In this document: one piece after another, positions 10,443 through 22,013 of the stretch
Layout: every line of letters begins with the position of its first letter
How positions within the stretch are numbered: the first letter of the stretch is position 1
Assembly: GCF_018977255.1 (NCBI RefSeq)
Contig: NW_024705467.1
Coordinates: 1-42,245, forward strand
DNA from: Callorhinchus milii
Lineage: Eukaryota
Direction: 5' to 3'
Length of the DNA stretch: 42,245 nt
The notes under the pieces: model-generated
What the model was told of the DNA's origin: nothing
Databases searched by the model: none
The model's input: the letters and a program-made list of their open reading frames with translations, nothing else
Translations under genes and position numbers: made by a program

Positions 10443-12351
10443 ATAGATAGATAGATAGATCGTTTATTGTCATTGTCACCAGTACAACGAAATTTAAAAT
10501 GCTCACCAGTCAGGGCATCATTCATAAATTTAAATTAAATAAAACAAGAAAATAAAAATAAAATTAAATGAAAGATAATCAATTTATACTATATATAAAA
10601 ACAGCCCAAGTATACCCACATACCCACATAAGGTTACATTTTGTCATTGCACATCTCTATTTCACAATCAATTGTAAACACTATTACTTAATAATTAATT
10701 AGCATTATTGAGTGTGGTGATCGCTGTAGGATAAAAGCTCTGTTTGAATCTGTTTGTCCTTGTTTTGACTGATCTGAATCGTCTGCCTGATGGCAACAGC
10801 TCAAACAGTGAGTGTCCAGGGTGAGAAGAGTCCTTTATAATGTTCTGTGCTTTTTTGATGCAACGTGAACTGTGTAGTTCTTCCAGTGTGGGGAGATGGC
10901 AGCCGGCGATCTTTTGGGCTGTGTTGATGACCCTCTGGAGCGCTTTCCTCTGAGCCACTGTACAGCTGGTGTACCATACACAGATGCAGTATGTAAGAAT
11001 GCTCTCGATGGAGGCTCGGTAGAAGGACACCAGCAGTTTCTGTGTGATGTTATTATTCCTGAGAATTCTCAGGAAGTAAAGTCTCTGCTGGGCCTTTTTC
11101 AGAAGCTCAGTGCTGTTGGCGCTCCAGGTCAGGCCCTCCCCAATGTGGACTCCCAGGAAGCAGAAGTCTGCCACCCTCTCCACACAGTCCCCGCTGATGA
11201 TTAGTGGTGGAGTGTCCGTTTTCTTTCTCCTGTAGTCTATTATGAGCTCCTTGGTCTTTGCGGTGTTAAGGAGCAGGTTGTTGCCCCTGCAGTATGCTGT
11301 CAGCCGCTCCACCTCGTCCCTGTAGGCAGACTCATCCCCCCCAGAGATGAGCCCCACCACTGTGGTGTCATCAGCAAACTTCACAATGGTGTTGCTATGG
11401 TGGACGGCGGCACAGTCATGTGTGTAGAGGGAGTAGAGCAGGGGGCTCAGTACACAGCCCTGGGGGGAGCCGGTACTGAGGCTCAGGGCTGTGGATGTAT
11501 GACGGCCCACTCTGACCCTCTGTCTGCGGCCCGAGAGGAAACTATATATCCACATGCAGGTGGAATGTGGAATCCCCAGGTCGCCCAGTTTTTCCACCAG
11601 TTTGTGTGGGAGGATGGTGTTGAACGCAGAACTGTAATCCACGAAGAGCATCCGCACATAGCTCCCCTGCTGCTCCAGGTGTGACAGTGCAGCATGTAGT
11701 GCTGTGGCCACGGCGTCCTCCGTGGATCGGTTCGCTCTGTAGGCAAACTGGTGGGGGTCAAGGTTTCGGGGCAAGCTTCCTATGATGTGACTCCGGACCA
11801 GTTTTTCAAAGCACTTCATCACCACTGGCGTGAGTGCTACTGGCCGGTAGTCGTTGTAGCTGGAAATGTGGGTTTTTTTGGGCAGCGGGACTATGGTGGA
11901 GGACTTTAGGCAGGTTGGTACGGTGGACTGTTCCAGAGACAGGTTGAAAATCCTTGTGAAGACTCCAGCCAGCTCGTCAGCACAGTCCCTCAGCACACGT
12001 CCCGGGACGCCATCAGGTCCCGCAGCCTTCCTCGGGTTGACGGCCCGCAGCGTGCGCCTCACCTCATGCTCCTCCACTGTGAGGTTTAAGCTGCTGTGGA
12101 CCGTGAGGTTTGGTGATGCTGTCCCTTGTGGTGTCACCTCAAAGCGGGCAAAGAAGAGGTTCAACTCCTCTGCCAGAGCGTTGTCACCATCAGCAGCTCC
12201 GCGGTTGGCCCTGTAGTTGGTGAGGTGCTGGACTCCCTGCCACACCTGCCTGCTGTCGTGACTGTCCAGGCGTTCCTCAATCCTCCTCCTGTAGTCTGCT
12301 TTGGCCTTGCGGATGCCTCTCTTCAGGTTAGCTCGGGCTGTACTGTAGAGA
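10443..12351 (-). mobile_element. Rex1/Babar-type non-LTR retrotransposon, 3' part (5' end lost in the assembly gap)
   Basis: RT ORF, AT-rich 3' UTR, AATAAA and (ATCT)n tail at 10443-10460. Confidence 0.9.
10695..12350 (-). CDS. Reverse transcriptase ORF of the Rex1/Babar LINE (5'-partial)
   Basis: Motifs [73 protein letters not shown]. The frame stays open upstream of 12245 ([17 protein letters not shown]...) up to the gap. Confidence 0.95.
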   Translation of the reverse strand, partial: LYSTARANLKRGIRKAKADYRRRIEERLDSHDSRQVWQGVQHLTNYRANRGAADGDNALAEELNLFFARFEVTPQGTASPNLTVHSSLNLTVEEHEVRRTLRAVNPRKAAGPDGVPGRVLRDCADELAGVFTRIFNLSLEQSTVPTCLKSSTIVPLPKKTHISSYNDYRPVALTPVVMKCFEKLVRSHIIGSLPRNLDPHQFAYRANRSTEDAVATALHAALSHLEQQGSYVRMLFVDYSSAFNTILPHKLVEKLGDLGIPHSTCMWIYSFLSGRRQRVRVGRHTSTALSLSTGSPQGCVLSPLLYSLYTHDCAAVHHSNTIVKFADDTTVVGLISGGDESAYRDEVERLTAYCRGNNLLLNTAKTKELIIDYRRKKTDTPPLIISGDCVERVADFCFLGVHIGEGLTWSANSTELLKKAQQRLYFLRILRNNNITQKLLVSFYRASIESILTYCICVWYTSCTVAQRKALQRVINTAQKIAGCHLPTLEELHSSRCIKKAQNIIKDSSHPGHSLFELLPSGRRFRSVKTRTNRFKQSFYPTAITTLNNAN

Positions 12352-12381
12352 NNNNNNNNNNNNNNNNNNNNNNNNNNNNNN
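12352..12381. other. Assembly gap (30 N)
   Basis: Run of N. Confidence 1.
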
Positions 12382-12614
12382 ATTATTTTAGGCTGAGATC
12401 CCCGTAAAGTTTCAAGATTTCTAGAGAAACCGCCACCGAATTCTGCCGGTCATCTTTGCTGGTTGAGTCTTGAATGCGGAAGCCCGCGACGCTGTCGCCG
12501 TGGGGGGCGCCTACCCTTCCCTCCCCCCGAGGGGGGGCGAGGAGGCTAAGGGCTGTCGGCGACGGCGTGATGAACGTGCATCAGCGTCGTGTGCTCACAA
12601 TTACACCACTTGTC

Positions 12615-12750
12615 AACAGGTTGAAAGAAATTCACAAAAAATATTTTTGTAGTTTTTTGTTAATTTCTTTCAACCTATCTACGTGACTTTACCGAAAGAC
12701 CCAAACAATATGAATTCCTGCAATCACGAAAGCTTTAAGTTCAAGATTAA
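12615..12750 (+). mobile_element. Diverged Penelope-like pLTR tail with a small hairpin
   Basis: ctacgtgactttaccgaaag...tgaattcctgcaatcacgaaagcttta matches the other copies; aggttgaaagaaatt / aatttctttcaacct are inverted. Confidence 0.6.
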
Positions 12751-14227
12751 AGCGAGATAAGCTTCACGCTTGGCCTATAGCCGACAAGGTGTGTGCGGGT
12801 TACCGACGGGAGGGAACTCCCCCGCAAAACAGGGGGAGAAGAAACAAACACTACTATCACTTGGTTAGAACAGGGGGAGATCACACAAACTCCACTCACT
12901 CACTCTGTAGAACAGGGGGAGATCATACAAACTCCACTCACTCACTCTGTAGAACAAGGGGGAGATCACACAAACTCCACTCACTCTGTAGAACAGGGGA
13001 GATCATACAAACTCCACTCACTCTGTAGAACAGGGGGAGATCATACAAACTCCACTCACTCTGTAGAACAGGGGGAGATCATACAAACTCCACTCACTCA
13101 CTCTGTAGAACAGGGGGAGATCATACAAACTCACTCACTCACTCTGTAGAACAGGGGAGATCATACAAACTCCACTCCACTCTGTAGAACAGGGGAGATC
13201 ATACAAACTCCACTCACTCACTCTGTAGAAGGGGAGATCATACAAACTCCACTCACTCACTCTGTAGAACAGGGGGAGATCACACAAACTCCACTCACTC
13301 ACTCTGTAGAACAGGGGGAGATCACACAAACTCCACTCACTCTGTAGAACAGGGGGAGATCATACAAACTCCACTCACTCACTCTGTATGACAGGGGAGA
13401 TCACACAAACTCCACTCACTCACTCTGTAGAACAGGGGGAGATCATACAAACTCCACTCACTCACTCTGTAGAACAGGGGAGATCATACAAACTCCACTC
13501 ACTCACTCTGTAGAACAGGGGGAGATCATACAAACTCCACTCACTCACTCTGTAGAACAGGGGGAGATCATACAAACTCCACTCTCACTCTGTAGAACAG
13601 GGGGAGATCACACAAACTCCACTCACTCACTCTGTAGAACAGGGGAGATCATACAAACTCCACTCACTCACTCTGTAGAACAGGGGAGATCACACAAACT
13701 CCACTCACTCACTGTATAGACAGGGGGAGATCACACAAACTCCACTCACTCACTCTGTAGAACAGGGGAGATCACACAAACTCCACTCACTCACTCTGTA
13801 GAACAGGGGGAGATCACACAAACTCCACTCACTCTGTAGAACAGGGGGAGATCATACAAACTCCACTCACTCACTCTGTAGAACAGGGGGAATCACACAA
13901 ACTCCACTCACTCTGTAGAACAGGGGGAGATCATACAAACTCCACTCACTCACTCTGTAGAACAAGGGGGAGATCACACAAACTCCACTCACTCTGTAGA
14001 ACAGGGGGAGATCATACAAACTCCACTCACTCACTCTGTAGAACAGGGGGAGATCACACAAACTCCACTCACTCACTCTGTAGAACAGGGGGAGATCATA
14101 CAAACTCCACTCATTTCGATTTAAAGCTTTCGTGACTGCAGGGATTCATCTTCTTGGTTCTTTCGGTAAAGTCACGTAGAAGGGAAGTAATAAAATAATA
14201 AAAATAAAACATAATAAAAGAAAATAA

Positions 14228-14277
14228 TTCTCACGACGTTTCGGCTACAACGCAAGCAGCCGTCTTCAGGTGAAGAA
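14228..14277 (-). ncRNA. Minimal hammerhead ribozyme motif
   Basis: Reverse complement of the copy at 15074-15123. Confidence 0.7.
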
Positions 14278-15073
14278 TGAGACACTACCAAGCTAGGAGC
14301 TTATATATAAGCTGCGTTGGAGGTGGAAGAGCGCCTTAACAAAAAGAATGTGCATATGAAGAGGAATTTAGCATATTCATGGAAAATGCGTAGGAGGTGG
14401 GCGGGGGGGTTTCAAAGTCATATTATGCCCATGCATTATGCAGGATCAGCAGCACTAAGGGGGGGGGGGGGTGCAGGGATTAGCAGTAACAAAGGAAAGG
14501 AATGTTAATGATATGTAGCTGCAGTTACTCAACAACCACGTAGAAAACTAAAGTATAAACTACATAAAAAACTAAAGTATAAACTGCATAGCACCATCAG
14601 TATACTTACTATACTCTTCAATAAGCTGAGTTACTAACAGCAAGTAATACATTACAATTCTACGTCGTCATATTATAGAATTTTTACGACGTAGAATTGT
14701 AATGTATTACTTGCTGTTAGTAACTCAGCTTATTGTAGAGTATAGTAAGTATACTGATGGTGCTATGCAGTTATACTTTAGTTTTTTATGTAGTTTATAC
14801 TTTAGTTTTCTACGTGGTTGTTGAGTAACTGCAGCTACATATCATTAACATTCCTTTCCTTTGTTACTGCTAATCCCTGCACCCCCCCCCCCCTTAGTGC
14901 TGCTGATCCTGCATAATGCATGGGCATAATATGACTTTGAAACCCCCCGCCCACCTCCTACGCATTTGCCATGAATATGCTAAATTCCTCTTCATATGCA
15001 CATTCTTTTTGTTAAGGCGCTCTTCCACCTCCAACGCAGCTTATATATAAGCTCCTAGCTTGGTAGTGTCTCA

Positions 15074-15123
15074 TTCTTCACCTGAAGACGGCTGCTTGCG
15101 TTGTAGCCGAAACGTCGTGAGAA
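15074..15123 (+). ncRNA. Minimal hammerhead ribozyme motif
   Basis: ttcttcac CTGAAGA c ggctgc-ttgcgtt-gtagcc GAAAC GTC gtgagaa. Confidence 0.75.
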
Positions 15124-15942
15124 TTATTTTATTTATTATGTTTTATTTTTATTATTTTATTACTTCCCTTCTACGTGACTTTACCGAAAGAACCAAGAAG
15201 AAAAATTCCACTCACTCACTCTGTAGAACAGGGGGAGATCATACAAACTCCACTCTCACTCTGTAGAACAGGGGGAGATCACACAAACTCCACTCTTACT
15301 CTGTAGAACAGGGGGAGATCACACAAACTCCACTCACTCTGTAGAACAGGGGGAGATCACACAAACTCCACTCACTCTGTAGAACAGGGGGAGATCACAC
15401 AAACTCCACTCACTCTGTAGAACAGGGGGAGATCACACAAACTCCACTCTTACTCTGTAGAACAGGGGGAGATCACACAAACTCCACTCACTCTGTAGAA
15501 CAGGGGGAGATCACACAAACTCCACTCACTCTGTAGAACAGGGGGAGATCACACAAACTCCACTCACTCTGTAGAACAGGGGGAGATCACACAAACTCCA
15601 ATCTCACTCTGTAGAACAGGGGGAGAACACACAAACTCCACTCACTCACTCTGTAGAACAGGGGGAGAACACACAAACTCCACTCACTCACTCTGTAGAA
15701 CAGGGGGAGAACACACAAACTCCACTCACTCACTCTGTAGAACAGGGGGAGTCACACAAACTCCACTCACTCACTGTAGAACAGGGGGAGATCACACAAA
15801 CTCCACTCACTCATTCTGTAGAACAGGGGGAGAACACACAAACTCCACTCACTCACTCTGTAGAACAGGGGGAGAACACACAAACTCCACTCACTCACTC
15901 TGTAGAACAGGGGGAGATCATACAAACTCCACTCACTCACTC

Positions 15943-16025
15943 TGCAGAACAGAGTGGAAGATCATCCAAACTCCACACAGCAAAGGCACCCGTATCGGGA
16001 ATCAAACCCAGTCTTTCTCGCTGCT
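15943..16025 (-). mobile_element. V-SINE-like head fragment (duplicated at ~16558-16640)
   Basis: Minus strand: B box GGTTTGATTCC followed by ggtgcctttgctgtgtggagtttggatgatcttcc, like the V domain TGTGTGGAGTTTGCATGTTCTCCCC. Confidence 0.6.
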
Positions 16026-17219
16026 CCACCCAGCAAATTGCTCGACGCTGCATCAGATGTCGCGCGGCGCCGACGGCCGCTTGAATGCGGAAACTTGCGA
16101 CGCTGTTCCCGACCGCCCTGAGGAGGCTCAGGGCGGTCGGCGGCGGATAGATGAACGTGCATCAGCGTAGTGCGCTAACCATTCCACGAGATCACACAAA
16201 CTCCACTCACTCACTCTATAGAACAAGGGGAGATCACACAAACCGCACTCACTCACTCACTCTACAGAACAGGAGGAGATCATACAAACTCCACTCTCAC
16301 TCTGTAGAACAGGGGAAGATCATACAAACCGCACTCACTCAATCACTCTACAGAACAGGGGGAGATCATACAAACTCCACTCTCACTCTATAGAACAAGG
16401 GAAGATCATACAAACCGCACTCACTCACTCACTCTACAGAACAGGGGGAGATCACACAAACTCCACTCTTACTTTGAAGAACAGGGGGAGATCACACAAA
16501 CTCCACTCACTCATTCTGTAGAACAGGGGGAGGTCATACAAACTCCACTCTCTCACTCTGCAGAACAGAGTGGAAGAACATCCAAACTCCGCACAGCAAA
16601 GGCACCCGTATCGGGAATCAAACCCAGTCTTTCTCGCTGCTCCACCCAGCAAATTGCTCGACGCTGCATCAGATGTCGTGAATGCGGAAGCCCGCGACGC
16701 TGTCGCCGTGGGGGCGCCTACCCTTCCCTCCCCCGAGGGGGGGCGAGGAGGCTAAGGGCTGTAGGCGACGGCGTGATGAACGTGCATCAGCGTCGTGCGC
16801 TCACCATTACACCACCTGTCAACAGGTAGAAAGAAATTCACAAAACATGTTTTTGTCGTTTTTTGTTAATTGATGTTAGCGAGTAGCAGCAGCTATGATG
16901 AGGTAGGTGGCCAACACCACGCCCGGCCGCCGTTGTCTCCCTCCTGGTGTTTACTAAATACCGACAAAGGAACTCGGTTGAGACAATAGGAAAGTCACAG
17001 ACACATGAACGCGAAGTCATAGCGATAAGTGCACTGCTGTGAGTGCAGACAAGGAACACGTGACCGAGGCGCTGGAACAACCATCGGACCCGGCCTCGGC
17101 CGCACCAGCACGACTGGAGGGGAGGCCACCCCGCCAGCCCCATCGCTCGACGGGGCGACGGCCGCGGACCCGCAGACGAGAGGCGCTCCGAGCCAGGTGG
17201 GACCTCGGCTCTGTGCAGC

Positions 17220-17564
17220 GTGATGGAGGGGGTGGCAGCCGCGCCGAGCGCCGACGCCCACGAGGACTCCGACGACCACCAGTCGGGGTCGGAGGTCGAC
17301 GACGGCGTGAGTGAGCTGAGTTTTTTGGGGGTTGCAGGGGAACAGGAGTCTTTGCCGGAGGAGATCCTCAACTTCCTCCGATCCACCTGTAGGAAGCGGG
17401 GAGTCCGTGTCGAAACCAGCTTCCCCGATGTGCCGGGATTCTTGAAGGCCGTGCAGATGGTCTACAGGGAACCTCAAAAGTATAGCGCCAGCCCACGACA
17501 ATGCTATAGGCTGAAGGCGCTGGCACAGAAGGTGAAGAGGGAGGCCGCTACCCTTCCGAAATGA
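17220..17564 (+). pseudogene. Tx1 ORF1 C-terminal remnant
   Basis: EEILNFLRSTCRKRGVRVETSFPDVPGF...YRLKALAQKVKRE resembles Tx1 ORF1 ends and lies immediately before ORF2. Confidence 0.6.
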
Positions 17565-17593
17565 TTCCTCCGGTCACTCCTGACACCCTTGTG

Positions 17594-20500
17594 ATGGCTT
17601 CGGGAATCAAGGTAGCTACTTTGAACTGTAATAACGCCCGCAGCGAACAGAGGTGGCACCGCGTGTGCCGTCAGCTTCGAGACCAAAGCATTGGCGTGGC
17701 CCTGCTGCAGGAGACGTACTTTGACACTGGCCTGCAGGGCTGACGTCAGCCACTCATTACTGGCCGGTCCTTATTCAGCCACGGTGAGAAAAACCTGGCC
17801 AGAGTCGCGATTTTGTTTGGGCCAGGCTTCGCCCCCGAGGGTGTGATCTTTAAGGAGGTTGTGAATGGTCGTTTAATTTCGGTAGACTTCGTTTTCAACG
17901 ACACCAGACTGCGTGTTTTGAGTCTGTATGCGCCGATCAAGAGCTGCGAATGCAAGATCTCCTTCTCGGGCGCGCTGCGGGATGCCCTGGAGGCGGACGA
18001 CGCGGATGATGTGCTCACAGTCGTGGGAGGTGATTTTAATTGCACCCTCGACCCGGCCCTCGACCGCAACGGCGCCGAGCCTCACCCAGAGTCGGCGAGG
18101 GCGTTGGCCGATGTGGTGCGGACGTTTGTTCTGCTGGACACGTGGCGGCTGCACCAACCGGCTCAGCGACAAGACTTGCGGTGTTGCTCTGGCTCTGGGG
18201 GGAACATTATCCTCGCCAGGCTCGATTGGCTTCATGTCGACAATACAAGTGCCAACCTGCTCGGTGACAGCAGAATTGTCCCGTCAGGATTCTCTGACCA
18301 CCGCCTGGTCTCCGTGCTGCTGCGGATCCCCAGGGCGGAGCGCCGCAGCGCCTACTGGAGGCTTGATGTGTGTCTGCTTGAGGACACGGCCTTCAAAGAA
18401 ACGTTAGGGCCTGCTGGGCTCACTGGGCGGCCACCAGGGACAGCTTCGACTGTGGCCGGTGGTGGTGGGAACACGTGAAGGCCCAGATCCGGGCTCTATG
18501 TCTGCAGCTCCGGGGCCAGCACGCCACCGCCAGGAGGACGCAGCAAGACACCTGCAGGGTGAGCTGCTGCTCCTTGAAGCAGAGCGGGGCTCTTCACGGG
18601 ACGCGCACGGTGACAATGGTGGGCTGCTGCTGGAGGAACAACGGCTCTTCAGAGCCGTTACGGACCAGCAGGCATACCGCTGCTTTGTGCACAAGCGGAT
18701 GCAGCACCTGACACACATGGATTCCCCCTCCACGTTCTTTTTCCGATTGATGCACAAGTCCAACGCCAACAGCGTCATTTCGAGTCTGCAGACCCCGGAG
18801 GGCGTGATGGCCACGAAGGGGGACCAAATTGCCAGGGTTGCCAGGGTTTTTTACTCCAACCTGTACAAGACGGGAGATGTGCGTGGCGAGGCGATCCAGG
18901 ACCTGCTCGACGGGGGCCCTACCCGAGGGGACTCGGAAAGCAAGCGGTTGGAGAGCCCCGTCACCCTGGAGGAGCTCCATACCGCCATCGGGGGCTCGCA
19001 GCTGGCAAGGCCCCAGGGATCGACGGCCTTTCAGCTTTGGAGTTCTACGCGGCCTTTGGGACGAGCTCGGCCCCCGACTGCTGGAGTTGCTGACGGAGAG
19101 CTTGCGGGAGGGAGAGCTCCCGCTGAGCTGCAGGAGGGCCGTGATCACCCTGCTGCCCAAGAAGGGGAACTTGCGCCGAATTGAAAACTGGCGGCCTGTG
19201 TCCCTCCTGTGCGCCGACTATAAGATATTCGCGAAGGTGCTGGTCAACCGCCTCAAGACGGTGGTCGATCAGATCGTCCGACCTGAGCAAGCGTATTGCA
19301 TCCCTGGCAGGTGCATCTATGACAACATTGGCATGGTCAGGGATGTGATTTCGCTTGTGGGGAAGAGTGGGGCAGACTCGGGCCTCCTCCTCCTCGTGGA
19401 CCAAGAGAAAGTGTTTGACAGGGTGGGCCACGTGTATCTGTGAAGGCTGCTCATCTCATGTGGGTTCGGACGTGTCTTCACATCGCACGTACGGCTTCTC
19501 TACACGGGTATCTCCAGAGTGGTAAAAATAAACCACCGGCTCAGCAGCTCCTTCCACGTGACCAAGGGGGTCAGGCAGGGATGCCCACTCTCGGGGCTCC
19601 TCTATGCCCAGTCCATCGAACCGCTCCTGCGCCGACTGAGACTTTCGTTGTCGGGGTACAAGGTTACGAGTCCCGAAGCTGCGGTCGTCACAGTCTCTGC
19701 ATACGCGGACGACTTGTTCGTCGTGATCAACGACGCGCAGGATGTGTTTGCACTCTGCGGGGCAGTGCAGGCATATGAAGAGGCATCCGGTGCCAAGGTT
19801 AACTGGCCCAAGTGCGAGGCTCTGTCGTTGGGGTCGCAGGGCGCCATGCGCTCTGTGCTCCTCCTGGGGGGTGTTGTCTGGCAGGCCGAGGGTGTGGGCT
19901 ATCTCGGGGTTTACCTCGGGAAACCCCAAGTCACCCAGGCCAACTGGACTGAGTTGAGGGATCTTTTTGAGTCCAAACTAAGGGCTTGGGCACGCCTCGC
20001 CCCGTTGATGTCTTTCAGCGGGGCGAGTGCTCGTCATGAACAACCTGGCGGCTGCTGTGCTGTGGCACAGCGCCAAGGTTCTCCAGCCCCCAGAGTGGCT
20101 TCTTGCGGGGTCGAACCACTCACTCACTCACCCGCTTTGTGTGGCATGGCAAACACTGGCTGAGGCCGGGGGCCCTCTGCATGCCGGTGGGTGAGGGCGG
20201 CCAGGTCCTGGTGGATGTTTCCGCCAGGGTGATGGCCTTCAGGCTGCAGACTGTGAGGCGGCTGCTGTACGGGCAAGGGTAGCTGCCCTGGATGGCTCTG
20301 ACCCTCACCCAGCTAAGGGACGCCGGGGGGAGCCTGTTAGACCTGGCCCTGGTCGACTGCGCAGTACCAGCGTAGCCTCCTGGACGCATGGCAGAGCCTC
20401 GTGTGGAGCAGGGCGAGCCCGCACTCTGCGATCGAACACTTCATGGGTGAACCCCTGTTTTTCAGTGGCCGCTTCAAGGGAATCCGGGAAGAGAAGACGC

Positions 20501-22013
20501 TGGCCCTTCGCTTCACCTGGGCAGGGGTGCGGACGGTTGGCGACATGGCCGTTGCCCCGAGTGGAAGACCGCGGCCGAGATCAGCGGCGCTGCGGGGCTC
20601 CGCTCTATGCTCGCCGGGGAAAAGTTGCTGTGGGCGCTGCTTGTGGCGATGCGGGAGCTGCAGCTAAAGCTGCGCTTTTCCTGCGCCCAGCCTCCTGGGC
20701 GCAGCGACTCAGGGAGGCTGCTGAAGCTTGAGGACTGCAGGGACGTGGCCTTCCGGAGTGCCCTAAGAAGGCGCTGTACGAGTGCTGCGTCAATGTGCTG
20801 CATTGCCAGGAATTGGCAGCTCTCCCGGACACGAAATGGAGGGACGTGTTCCCTCCCATGTGTAATGCGAGCGTAAATGGGGTTGCTGCTGGACGCTGGC
20901 CCAATCACACGACCCGGGGTATTGGGGGCAGAGCCCGGTGTGGGGGGCGTGTGAGAGGGGCCGCCGTTCACCTCTGCTCCAATGGCAAGCGAGGTGAATG
21001 GAGGTGGAGCCAGCAGGGCAGTATGGGAAGGCCGGATCTCACGATCCGGAAGGGAAGAGTCAGGGTCACGTGGGAGAGAGGTTACAGAGGGGATCCTGGA
21101 AGAGATCGGGGCCAGTTGATGGAGTGAAGAAGCGGGACCACGTTGGGTGGCCGCCGCGCCATCAGCCACGTGGCTGATGGGGCTTCGGCACACCGTCGGC
21201 CAGCGGTGTTCGGAGCGGGAGAAGGAGCTGACAGAAGAGCGTGTGGGGCACGCGAGAGGAGCGTGCGTGGCACGCGAGAGGAGATGCTGGTCCCTTGTCA
21301 GGACCTGCGGGGTGTGAGGATGAGTGGAGGAGCTGAGGAGGAAGCGCGTGCGCGGGGCGCGCGCGAGACGATGCTGGTCCGTGGAAGAGGCCAGTGGGGT
21401 GCGGAGAAGAACCTGAATAAAAGACAAGCGGAGACCAGCAGTGCCTGACGGAGTCTTTTATTACACATGGTTGACGCCGCCCCCAGTGGAGCCGCTAGTA
21501 CAGGTCCCCCATAGCCAAGCGCTGTGGAGACCTCCAGTGGCGGCTGATACACTGGACGCTGCCCTCGGCCGTGTGGCTGAGCAAGATCGCCCTTGGGGTC
21601 GTCGGACCTGTGCGCCTTCTGCGGCGCGAGAGAAGATCCAGCACACCAATACCTGGAGTGTTCATGGTTGGGTTGTGGGGTCCATCTCCCGCAAACTGGG
21701 GGTGCCCTTCTGCAAGAGTCGGTTTGTTTGTGGGGTGCCCTACCTGGCGAATAAATACCACGACCTCGTGAACTTTGCGTGCGCTCAGGCCAAGATGGAA
21801 ATTTACAAAACCCGCAAAAAAAAGTTGCAGGGTGACGCGGACGCTGGCTGCTCAGTGGTGGCAATGCTGAAGGACCTGCTCAAGGCGCGGCTCCGACTGG
21901 AGCACGCGTACTCCACCTGCGCCAGGGACGCGCGCGCCGCGTTCCTTGAACGGTGGGGGGCCGGACAGGCCCTCTGCACCGACACGGATGGCGTGCTGAC
22001 CTTCACGTTTTGA
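17594..22013 (+). pseudogene. Tx1 ORF2 (APE endonuclease + reverse transcriptase), with frameshifts, stops and an LTR insertion
   Basis: VATLNCN, LLQETY, GGDFNCTLD, GFSDH, NWRPVSLLCADYKIFAK, DQEKVFDRVGH, GVRQGCPLS, AYADD, GDLQWRLIH, CAFC, AQAKMEIYKTRK spread over several frames. Confidence 0.92.
20861..21465 (+). mobile_element. Solo LTR inserted in Tx1 ORF2
   Basis: TGTAAT...ATTACA termini, CATG TSD (20857-20860, 21466-21469), AATAAA at 21417; Tx1 coding motifs resume on either side. Confidence 0.88.

Larger units (their letters stand above)
14114..15201. mobile_element. Penelope-like inverted pLTR pair forming a ~1.05-kb near-perfect palindrome
   Basis: Arms 14149-14668 and 14686-15201 are reverse complements around a 17-bp spacer, each with a hammerhead motif; inserted in the satellite. 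Confidence 0.85.
12866..16570. repeat. 38/42-bp satellite array in three blocks (~12866-14113, 15205-15960, 16188-16570)
   Basis: Unit ctgtagaacagggggagatca(c/t)acaaactc(cact)n; its reverse complement resembles the V-SINE core. Confidence 0.95.

Noticed and set aside
12866..16570. CRISPR-like appearance of regularly spaced repeats
   Set aside because: No unique spacers, no cas genes, eukaryotic context; it is a plain tandem satellite.
20513..21427. 304-aa minus-strand ORF
   Set aside because: Antisense to GC-rich Tx1 and LTR sequence and crosses their junction; no domain recognised.
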